Assembly (NCBI GenBank): GCA_016748015.1
Contig: JAAOMT010000128.1
Location: forward strand, 2,301,538 to 2,365,537
DNA from: Geosiphon pyriformis uo1
Lineage: Eukaryota > Fungi > Glomeromycota
DNA length: 64,000 bases
Direction of reading: 5' to 3'
The first letter of the stretch is position 1, and each line of letters opens with the position of its first letter. The notes beneath the pieces were generated by a model. The model worked only from the letters and a program-made list of their open reading frames with translations, was not told where the DNA came from and ran no database searches. A program made the translations under genes and the position numbers. Positions 35,601 to 46,200 of this stretch are shown here, one piece after another.

Positions 35601-38600
35601 GTCCATTGTTGTTGAAGTATTTGAATTGTAAGGCAGGCTGATTTTCAATGAGATAGATGGGTGTTGCTTCAATTTCTTCTGTTGCTTTAGGTTCTCCAAA
35701 TTCAATTTCATTTTCATCATTTTCACTAGGCAGGGGAATGCTAAGAGCATAGCATTCAGGGCACCATTGCTCATCACAAGGCATTATGCATTCTTCATGC
35801 AATTTAACATTCATTTGCTCTAGCCGTTGAGCTTGAGCTTCTTTGGTCGGGTAAGTGTGACTGGCAATTTGGTGATATACTTCTACTTCATCTTTGTAGT
35901 TGTATCCAGTGATTTCAAAGGTGTATGCAATGTATTTTGATTCTTTCATTTGACGAACATTTTCTTGAGTGGCTCCATTGATTAAAGCCATTGCTAGATT
36001 GAAAATCATTTTGGCATCATGAGGGTAATGGTACAGTTTGTTGAGGGCACTGTTGTAAGCACCATCAAAAGGGGTTTCTCTTTTGACTTTTTCTGAAATT
36101 GATAAAGCATATTGGCAGGTTTGATCGCAGACTCCTCCTCTTATTGCTACATCAATCCAATTGCATTCTTCTGGTAGCATATCTCCACAAGTCAAACAAG
36201 AGATGTTGTCCCATTTTCCGCTTTTTTTTATTAGATAGCCCCATTGTTCTCTGTGACAAGTCTTACAGTAATAACAAATATGATTTTCATATTCTTCTTT
36301 AGGTAAAATGCAGGCTCCCATTGAGAAGAGTTTCTTGTGGCAGTCCTTGCATTTGAGTGGAATATAAGGGCATCATTTCTTTGGTTCTGGTTTAGAATAT
36401 GGGATGTTCCATCCAGGGGTTTCTGGTTCCTCTGAATATGAGTTTGTTGCAAAATATGTTTGCTTAGTTTCTTCAGCCCAGTTAGATGTTGATTCAAGTG
36501 CCATAAATATTTCAACTACAGGTTTTTCTTTCTCTTCTTCAAATTCGAAGACAGGGGCTTTCTCTGATCATTTGTTGAATATATCACAAGTAGTGGGTAC
36601 TTGGGCATGTTGTCCTTGATAGGAGAGTTGTAATTTTTGGGTTTCCCAGTCTAATTTTGCATTGGCTTTTTGGAGCCAATCATTTTCGACAAGGGCTTGA
36701 TACTAGGGCATGTCCATTATAAGAACTTTGACTGATATGGTGATTCCATCAAGAGTGAATGAAAAATTGTCAATTTCTCCTACTGGAGTCTTTTTCATGC
36801 CATCGGCAGTAACAATTACTGTTTGAGCTGGTCGGTCAACATTTTTTTTTAACTGTTGCATCAACTGGTAGGTGATAATGCTTTCGGCAGATCCACTGTC
36901 TAGGATCAAGCGAATTGCCTTTTCTTTGACTTCTGCTTTAGTGTACATAGCAGTGATTGCTTTTTGTTTGTTGGCGGCTGTATTGCTAAGCAGAAATAGT
37001 GACTCATTTGCTTCGAACTTAAAAGAGAATATATCTGAAAGGTTGGCATTTTCAGCAATTCTGGCTGGTGGGATTGTGGTAGGAGTATAGGAAGGGTTTT
37101 GTTGTTGTATTGCAGCTCTACCTTCTGAAAGTGCAGTATGATGAAAATCCTGTTCTTCTGGCATCATAAGATAATTAGGTTGAGTATAATAGTAGTTGGG
37201 TTTTGGTTGAGCTGAATTTTGGAGAACCAATTGGTTGTTTGAATTGATTCTATTGTTGTTTACTTGGTATTGGTTTTGTGGTGTGAACTGATTTTGCGAA
37301 CTCAATTTTCAAGCAGGTATTTGGTAATGTTGAATGGGTTGTCGATACTGTTGTTGTATTGGCTGTGGAGCAGGTTGATAGTAGTCAGTTTGATATTGTG
37401 GTTTCGGTAGATAGTAAGCTGGTGATAGTGGTGATTGGTAATAAGATTGTTGTGGCAAAGAGTAATGTTGATTACTTCTGTTTTGTTGGTCTCTTTGTAA
37501 TTTCCTACAATCTCATTTCCAGTGTCCTGGAATTTCACAATAATGACAATTTTGAGGTTGGTTGTTAGATGGTGATCCAAAATTGTTTTGATTGCATCGT
37601 TGTGGGGGTTAGTATCTTTGTGGTTGTTGTGATTGCTGTGGCTGCTGTTGTTGCTGTTGGTTGGTAAAGTAGTTTTCAACTTTCTTGGTTAATTGGTCAA
37701 TCTTTTTTTCAGCTGTTGAGCTGGTTTCTCCAATAGCCAGGTTAACAAGTTTGGTACGGTTGGCTTCTTCCATGGCTATTTCATAGTTTTTTGTCTGTTA
37801 AATAGCAGTGGCTAAATCTTCTGGCACATGTGGGCAAACTTTCTTGATAAGTTTGTCTTTTAGTCCAGCAATGAATTGATCCAAGATTTGTGCATTAAAG
37901 TAGTATTCATTTGTTTTCAATTGGCAAATCCTTCTAAGCAGTTTGTTAAACTTCTCAAGATAGGTTATAACTGATTCACTTGGTTCTTGCTTGATATTTC
38001 AGAACCAATTTCAAAGGGTAATGGAAGTGTTATTGTTAGTGAACTGTTCTAGAAAAGCAGTTTTGAATGCTTTCCAGTCTTCTAATGGAGCTTTTAAGTT
38101 TTCAAACCATTTACCAGCCATTTCTTATAAGAAGTATGGAATTGTTTTTAACATTCTGGCAGCATTCCAACCATTTGCATCTCCTGCTTTTGAGACTTTG
38201 TCAAGCCATTCTTGAGAACTGGTTTCACTGTCTTCTCCTGTGAACTCAGAGATTTTTGCGATATATGTGGAGGCCATTTTTTCTTCATTTTCTAAGTCTT
38301 TTGTTTCTTGTTCTGATTTGGTCTCTTCACTTTGATTTTCTGCTAAGTAGTTAATAAGGTTTGTGCTGGTTAATATTGGTTCCTGTTGTTGAATAGAGCT
38401 TTTGGGTGACTAAAAATCTTCTATTCTTAAAAACCAAATAAATGGTAAGTTTGGTGTTTGTGGTTGAGCAAGTGAAGCTAAAAATGGTGTAATTGAGAGT
38501 GGTAATTTAAAGCTGGTTTCTTGTTCTGGAGTTTGTAAATGTTTGGCAGTGGTTTTAGGTGTATTGGGAGTAGTTCTGAGTTTTTGTTTCCTTTTTTCTT

Positions 38601-38987
38601 TTCTTTTTTCTGTTTCCAATTCAAAACCAAGAGAAAATTTCTGTTCTACTGGGTAATTCTCTTCACAATACTGAATGATATTGAAGTTGAGTTCTTGGAA
38701 ATATGTTTCAAGTGTTTGACTGTTAAAATCCTGAGTGTTTAGATGAGAGTGATGTACTAAGCTTTCATATAAGTTGTATCTAACTTCTAAAATGTTGTAA
38801 TCTCCAAAAAGATAATTGTTGATACGATTTTTAATGTACTGGTAAAGTGTTTTTTTGAATGTTTCAATTTCTTTTGGGATGTCAAATCTTTGCTTGTAGT
38901 GGATGTAGATTGACTGATAATACTCTAGAGTTCTTGAATCTGTTTGAGTCGCCACTTTTGAAGTTGTTGTCACTGTGTTATTTCTAT

Positions 38988-38999
38988 GGAAGAGCACCA
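38988..38999 (-). promoter_or_regulatory. Primer-binding site of Gypsy A
   Basis: TGGTGCTCTTCC, 2 nt after the 5' LTR; complementary to a tRNA ending ...GAGCACCA. Confidence 0.85.
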
Positions 39000-39001
39000 A
39001 A

Positions 39002-39984
39002 TGTTACTAGAGGTTTTTGGTCTCTTCTTAGCTCTTGTATGTTTGTTGTAATGCTGTTAATTCACGACTATGGGAAGTGTTTGAACCTCTGATAACTGAA
39101 TTTTCTCTTCAAATTATTTCCTATAATTTGAACTGCTGGGTTTATAAGTGAAATGGCCAATTCCTTGCCAGTTACTTTATGTAGTTATGTTGTAGTAAAC
39201 ATCAACTCTTTTCCAGGAATTGCTTGTCTGGAAGCTCACTAAAAAATGTGTAATTACTTTGCTGTAAAAGTCAACTCTTTTACAGGAATCTTGTTTGTAG
39301 GCTACCCTAATAATTATAATAAGAAAATAAAAGAAAATAAAAAAAATGTAAAAGAAATAGGATTTTATTAAGGGAAACGTTTTCTATCCAGGCCTGGAGT
39401 CACTAACAGTTTTACTAAAATTGGTAGCTAATCAATTTCAAAATGTTAGTTGGGTTTTGAGGATTTTCCAAGTGCAATAATTTAAAGAATTTGATTTTTT
39501 CAAATTATTTGATATTTATTTCTTTTTGTGTGTGTAGAAATGGTTCTAAGTGATAAATCTAAAGTAAGATATATTTTCTCAAAGAGAGGAGCTCTTCTTT
39601 TATACAACTTGTTGTAACACTATTCCATGAACTTGAACTTTGCTTTTTTCTACAATTTCGCTGAACTAAAGATATATTTTGGCGAACTACAAGTTATTTC
39701 TGCAAACTATTAGATATTTCAGTGAACTATCAATTATTTCAGCAAATTTCTACAAATTTCGGTGAACTTTTGAATGTTACATATTTCGGGGTATTGCATG
39801 ATTGATCATTGCACTTAGATTACATTTGTGTTATGTACAAATTGGGTTATTAATTAAATGATAATTTTGGACATTTTGCTAATGTAATAAGTGATAATTT
39901 GAAACAATAATATATGCTAATTAATGATAAAATTTATAAGAGTAATTTCATGCTAAACAATATCTCTAATTTTGTCTGGTAACA
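39002..39984 (-). repeat. 5' LTR of Gypsy A (983 bp)
   Basis: TGTTAC...GTAACA termini; partner of 33825-34806. Confidence 0.97.
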
Positions 39985-41935
39985 CCACTAAGAATCACAA
40001 AAAAAGACTCATTCACAGCTTTTACAATAAGAGAATTAATGTTACCAGCTTAAGAGAACTAAACCACTGAAAAAACACCAGCATACAGCCCCAAAATCAT
40101 CACAGAAAGCTTATTCTTGAAAAGCAACTTAACAGAAAGGATCTGACCAAACACCTCAAAAACTTTGCACACATGACTAACCAAAGAATTGTTCATAATA
40201 ATAGCAATGCCTGAACCCAAGTAACCAGAATCTACACCAGAAGTGAAAACACAGATACCATCAAACTTGTTTATGATCCATGGATAGACTTTATCTTTTA
40301 ATTTAGTCTCAGTAATAATGAAAACCAAATTGTTTATTTCCTTATGCCAACAAATTATATCTCCCTGCTTTGCAGGATTGTTTATTTTTCTAATGTTGCA
40401 AGTGACAACTTTTCAGATTTTATCACTCATTAAGAAAAAAGAGAGGTAGAAACTGAACCAGCATTGTACATTTTAGCCAAAAGACTCATAACTGTGATTG
40501 AAAGATTGTTTAATGTTTTCTCCATTTTCAAGATAACTGAAGATTCAAAAACCACCACTTCTACAACAGTCTTATCACCAGTGACCACACCTGAACTCTC
40601 ACTCATTACTATATCTGCTTCTTGATTCTGTAATGAAGGAGTCACCAATGGCTGATGTCTAGAGCTAAGCTGGAAAACCATTGGTCCAGGTGTATCCCAC
40701 TTTTTAGCCAGCATATCAACACACTCTGTAAGGCTGATGAGACTGTGCTCAAGAGCAGCAAACTTATCATTTAATTCCAAAGACACCAGCAGAATAGACT
40801 TTATCTTTGAAGAAGAGCCAGCATTTAACAAAACATTCCAAACAGAGAAAAGAGAAAGAGAAGACCCACTAGCAATCCATGCTCACGAAATACTACTAAA
40901 GAAAACTGGACAAGCAACTACATGGCATCCTTTTCAATTAGGATGGACCACTTAGCTGTGACCAAATTAGCATAATCTGATTGCTCAAATTCCACCACTG
41001 CTTTCTGCCACAGCTCCACCAATTGCATCTTGATCGACTTAATTATGCCAAACTTAGATAGTGCAGTATGCACAGCCTTAGTTGATGTACCAATTAGAAT
41101 TTCCTTTAACACCACAGTCTGATCTGAATGTCCAGATGATTTTTTGAGATCAGAGTTTACTAAAATCTTCACTTTTTCAGCCTTTTTAGAAGTCTGCACC
41201 AAACTTGATTCAGAAATGAACATTGCTTTGATAATCCCAGCAAATTTTGAGGAGGTAGAGGCCTCTCCAAAACCATTGATCTTTGAAAACAACTTTCTGA
41301 CTACTTGAAGCTTTTTTTGAAAAGATTTTCCAACCACCTTGTTCAAACCAATATTCAAAGTGAAAGATTTATAAACAGAGATGTTGACCAGATTTTTTAA
41401 AGGTGGGGGGAGTTCCAATGAAGCATCTAAAAGAATATTATTTTCATTGTCATTTAAAGAAAAATTAATTTTGCCCAAAGGCTTGCCCAATGTTTTCTTG
41501 GTTTTAACTTTTGAGCCAGTAGATATTTGATCAGAATCACCAGCAATAGCACTACTTTCACCATAATTAAAACTGGTCTCTTCTATCAGACATTTTTTCT
41601 CCATATTAATGCTATTAGACTTAGTAGTGTTACCAGTCTCTAAACCTCATAAGTGACTAACCTAAATCTTAGGACCAACAATCTTACCACCAGAACCATT
41701 CTCTAAAACACCATCTCTTCTTTTTTTCTTTAAAAGAACAGATCTAAAGCCATTACTAGAACCAGAAACCTTAGCAGCCTTCTTCATAACAGCAATACTA
41801 CAGCCAATAGTGGTCTCGTAGTCAAGAATAAAGGATTTAGATTTATTATACTAAATTGTAAAAAACTTTTTTCAAAAAACTTTGACTCTTTTTTGGGAAT
41901 TTGGACAAAGGAGAAAAAAGAAGTTTTTTTTTTGT
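39985..41935 (-). mobile_element. LINE 2, 5' portion (APE start, ORF1 from ATG 41787, 5'UTR)
   Basis: Removing Gypsy A and one TSD restores in-frame FVILSGDFN; ORF1 contains IKSIKMQLVELWQKAVVEF. Confidence 0.93.
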
Positions 41936-42314
41936 TATATTGTATATTAAGTTTAAAAATATTTGACAAAACTATAACCAATATTAAAAACCAAAAAACT
42001 TTTTATAATATTATTTATATTAATATTTATATTTAAAACTATTTAAAAACACCCAAAAATAATTTAAAATTCAAATTTATTTTATTACTTAAATATTTAA
42101 TTTTATTAATAATTATTTTGTGTTTTTGTACAAAATTATTACTAAGTTAGAAACAATACTTTTAATTAATTTTTTTTATTCATATTATTAAATATATTTT
42201 GTTTTTAATTATTATTTATATAAAAATTATAATTTTTTTAAATTGTTTTTGTTTTTAATTTTTTTGTAAATTGTATTATTATTATTTTATTAATAATTTT
42301 TATTAATATTAAAA

Positions 42315-42383
42315 TATTGTTTTCAATTCTTAGAAAGACTCTGTATTTTAGTTTTGTTCATTTTTTGAAGCATTTTAAGATGG
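42315..42383 (+). mobile_element. LINE 3, left stub (5'-truncated ORF2)
   Basis: SILRKTLYFSFVHFLKHF continues in frame as VFGNRLFDKKG after 52428. Confidence 0.75.
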
Positions 42384-43268
42384 TGTTACAGATGATTATT
42401 TGGGATCTCAAAGCAAATAACAAACCCATAACTTAATGCTTAATTGATAGTTGATGATGTTGATTTCTAAAGATTTTTGTGATCTGAAAGATTTGGTTAA
42501 GTTCTTTGTATAATGAACAGATATTTAATTGATAGTTTTATCTATAGCTTTCCAAAACTGCAGTTTTGTTAATTTTTTTTCAGCATAATGGCTGGTAATT
42601 CTCCTGATAAGCTATCCTCAAATCTGAGTGTCTACTCTTATTCCTGGGTCTTTTACTAGTACTATATCTTGACATCAGTACCTCTATATGTAAATCCTTT
42701 TAATCAAGTTAACAAAACAACAAAAAAATAAAGCAAGAAAAGAAATAAGAAAATTAAGCCAAGACAATTTGCACATTAGTATCTCGTCAATAGCCATGAT
42801 CAAAAGCTATTATTCTAGTGTGGTTAAGTATTAATTACTATCAACACTTTATGTTGATAGTAGAGAGTAAATTTGAAATAGTGAATAATTATTTATTGAT
42901 ATTTGTGATGGGAAAGGTTGTTTAAATTAAATATAAACTAAGAAATCTGTTTTTTTTTTTTTTAATACTGCCATTATATATATATAATTGATGTTCTACA
43001 AGATTGTTCATATTCCTGAGCAATGTGCTATGATTTCTTAAGCAATGTGCTCTAATTTTCTAATATTGCTTCACATTGGTGAGCAATAAGTCATGATTTT
43101 TGACATTGCTGAATAATGTGCCATGATTTCTAATATTGCTCTATATTGCTGAGCAATATGCCATAATTTTTGACATTGCTTTATATTGCTAAGCAATATG
43201 CTTACATGCTAACTACTACTTCCTTATTAGTCTACTATTTTCTACATCTGTTTTTTTTATAAGTAACA
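42384..43268 (-). repeat. 3' LTR of Gypsy B (885 bp)
   Basis: TGTTACA...GTAACA; internal AGCAATGT/ACATTGCT array. Confidence 0.95.
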
Positions 43269-46200
43269 TTATTTTCTCCTTTTTTAATCTTGAGCTCCAT
43301 CGAAATTCTCATTTTAAATTATGTTGAATACTTCTTTTTCAAGTAGTGTTTGTTCTATCCTATTCTTTATTTCTTCAATTTGTAAGTTGTTCATTCTTCC
43401 CTATTGGTTGATGGTTATTGTTTCCATATTAGAGTGTAACAATACTTCTGGGTAGTTTTAAAATATAGTGTGTAGTCAATAAATGGTCTTGATATGTAAT
43501 GTCAAGTTTGTTTTCTTTCCAATAATATCTTCAATGTTCTGAATTATATCTTGATTGAAGATTCTCTTGGGATTTGTCAAGATATAATTTCTGAATATCT
43601 ACTTTTTGTTCCAATTAATAGTAGCAGTATGGTATTGGAAATTGGTCTATCCATTGTTTCTAATTTTTTTTTGTCAGTTCTTCTGTTGGAACCATGATGG
43701 TTATTTTTCTAAAAGTGTTCTTTACTTTCTCTACTATTTTATCTGACCAATTTATTGATTGTTTCTGTGGTCACTGGTATGATGTACTTTTCTTTTTTTG
43801 TTTGGTGTTTCAATAACAAATTGTTTGATTGTTGATAATAATTTCTATGTTTACTTACTGTTGACTTAAAGCTTAAAACAATTGTTGAGCTAATGTGTGA
43901 ATATGGTTTGGTATTTCTATTTTTTTTGTTGTTTTTGTTAAGTATACCATGTTTTTATATACTTTTTTGGTTGTTTAATTTGATGTGTTTGGTTTAATTA
44001 TTATGATTGGTTTCAGATTTCGTAAAATCTTATCTGATTGGATTAGTATTCTCTGTACTTCTAATTGTAAAATATTACTGGTAGATAGTAATACTATATG
44101 GTGATATGGTTTTAGTCAATCACCATGTGCTGCTTTGGCTAAGATTTTGTTGTTCTATCTTAATTTATAAGCTCTATTTTTTAGAATTTTTTCTATGTAA
44201 AATGGTCCATCTCATTTAGGGTCAAATTTTTTACTCTATTGTTTTTCCACTTTGGTACAATGTAGAAGTACTTTGTCTCCAATTCTGAATTTGACTAGTT
44301 TATCTGGTAGTTAATTATCATGTCTTTTTTTTTGTTTTTCTTGTAACTTTTGGATGTTATCAACTGCTTTTTGCCATTTGCTTTCTAGTGTTTCCATTAA
44401 GTCATATGTTCTTTTTAACAATATTTTTTGAAAATTTTCTTTTGTTATTAGTTCTGTTGGATATGTTTTAATTTCTATCTCAACTGATAATATTGCTGTT
44501 CTACCATATACTAATTCAAATGGTGTTGCTTGTGTAGTGTCTTGTTTCATTGTTCTGTAAGCAAATAATACTGATAGTATAAGCAAATCCTATTCATCCT
44601 GGTTTTTTTGGCTAATCTTGGCTATTGCTTTACACAATATTCTGTTGAACCTTTCAACTAACCCATTTGTTTGTAGATAGTATGGTAATGATAATGGTCT
44701 TTTTATCCATTGTAAAATAAGTTTCTTGATCTAATAGTAGTTTTTTTGGACATCTGTGTTAACAAATCAAATCTTAATAGATGAATTTGGCAACAAATTC
44801 TACATCTGCTCTTTGAATGGCTTTTGCTTCTGGCCATTTTGTGAGATAATTCATGGCTACTGCAATATATTTGTTGCCTCTACTGGTGATTGTTAATGGT
44901 CTAACTAAGTCAATTCCAATATAATCAAATGGTTGTCCTACTTTAATTGGTTTTAATGGTTTATTGGATTTTGTTCCACCTCTTCTTTAACAAGCATCAC
45001 AATTTTGAACATATTGGATGATTTTTGGATATATTGATGGCCAATAATATCTTTTCCTGGTTTTTTCCATGGTTGTTTCTTTATGAAAATGTCCTGCTGT
45101 TGGATTTGAATGCATGTTGAATAATATTGTCTCTTTTTTCAGTTCTGTAATTACTCTGGTTGGTTGATCTGGATTTTTTTTGTTCTTCAGGTAAAGTATA
45201 TTTTGATAGTTGATAAAATATTTTGATTGTTGTTTTATGTTGTTTTGTTTCTTTTGAGATAATTTCTCCTTGAACAGTTGGGTATTTATATAATGTTGGA
45301 GTTGTTAGTATTTTTGTATATTCATTTTTTTGTTATATTTTTGGGTTGAAATGTTTTTTTTTTAGATTTGTTTCATTCACAACAGACTATTAGCATTTCC
45401 ATTTTCTTTTCCTTTTTTATAATGTACTGTATAATTAAATGGTAAAAGTTCTATTTTTCATCTGGCATGGTGATTGTCTTCAAATTTTTACTTCTGGATT
45501 GAAGTCAATCTTTTATGATTAGTGTATACATCAAACTTTTGACCCAAGTATTTTTTCTATTTAATGACAGCCTAATAGATAGCTAAGTATTCTAGTACTG
45601 GAGTTCCATAGTTCTTTTCAGCTGGACTTAAGCTTTTACTGGTATAAGCTACCAGATGCTCTTGTCTATCTGGTCTTTTTTGAGATAGTACTGTTCTTAA
45701 AGCTTGACTTAATGCATCTGTTGTGATTATAAATAACTTGCTATGATCTGAATAGATTAATACTGGGGCTTGAATAAGTTTTCTCTTAATGTATCAAAAG
45801 CTTCTTACTGAGTTTCAGTCCATTCATATTTGATATTTTTTGTTTGAAGTTGGTGTAGTGGTTGAGCTATTTTGGAAAAGTCTTTAATAAAGCAACAATA
45901 GTATTCAGCAAATTTCAAGAATGCTCTTAATTCTATGAGATTATTTGGTACTGGAAAGTTCTTAACAATTTTAATCTTATCTGGATCCATTTTAATACCA
46001 TTTTTGCTCACAACATGTCCCAAAAACTTAAGTTCTATTTTGTCAAAGAAACATTTGTTGGCATTTAATTTCAATTCTGTTTGTTTGAGTCTTTCAAATA
46101 CTTGTTGGAAATAATACAGATAATCATCAAATGTTTTTCAGAATACATTAGTGTTATTCAAGTATATGACTACTGATTTCCATAGTAGTCTGGTATAGAC

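Larger units (their letters stand above)
33825..39984 (-). mobile_element. Ty3/Gypsy-type LTR element A (gag-PR-Cys-rich domain-dUTPase; RT/RNase H/IN absent)
   Basis: Paired LTRs TGTTAC...GTAACA, PBS, PPT, TSD CTGC/CCAC. The main ORF pieces from 39000, 37305 and 36321 share one frame and include LILDSGS (protease). Confidence 0.95.

Noticed and set aside
39002-39300. gag frame starting inside the 5' LTR and reading through the PBS
   Set aside because: Needs several stops reverted plus a frameshift, and any stop can be explained by C>T; untestable without a consensus
41950-42314. Asymmetric mutation load on the two sides of Gypsy B within one LINE
   Set aside because: Homology to LINE 3 is only clear from about 42315; the AT-rich part may be a different, older relic
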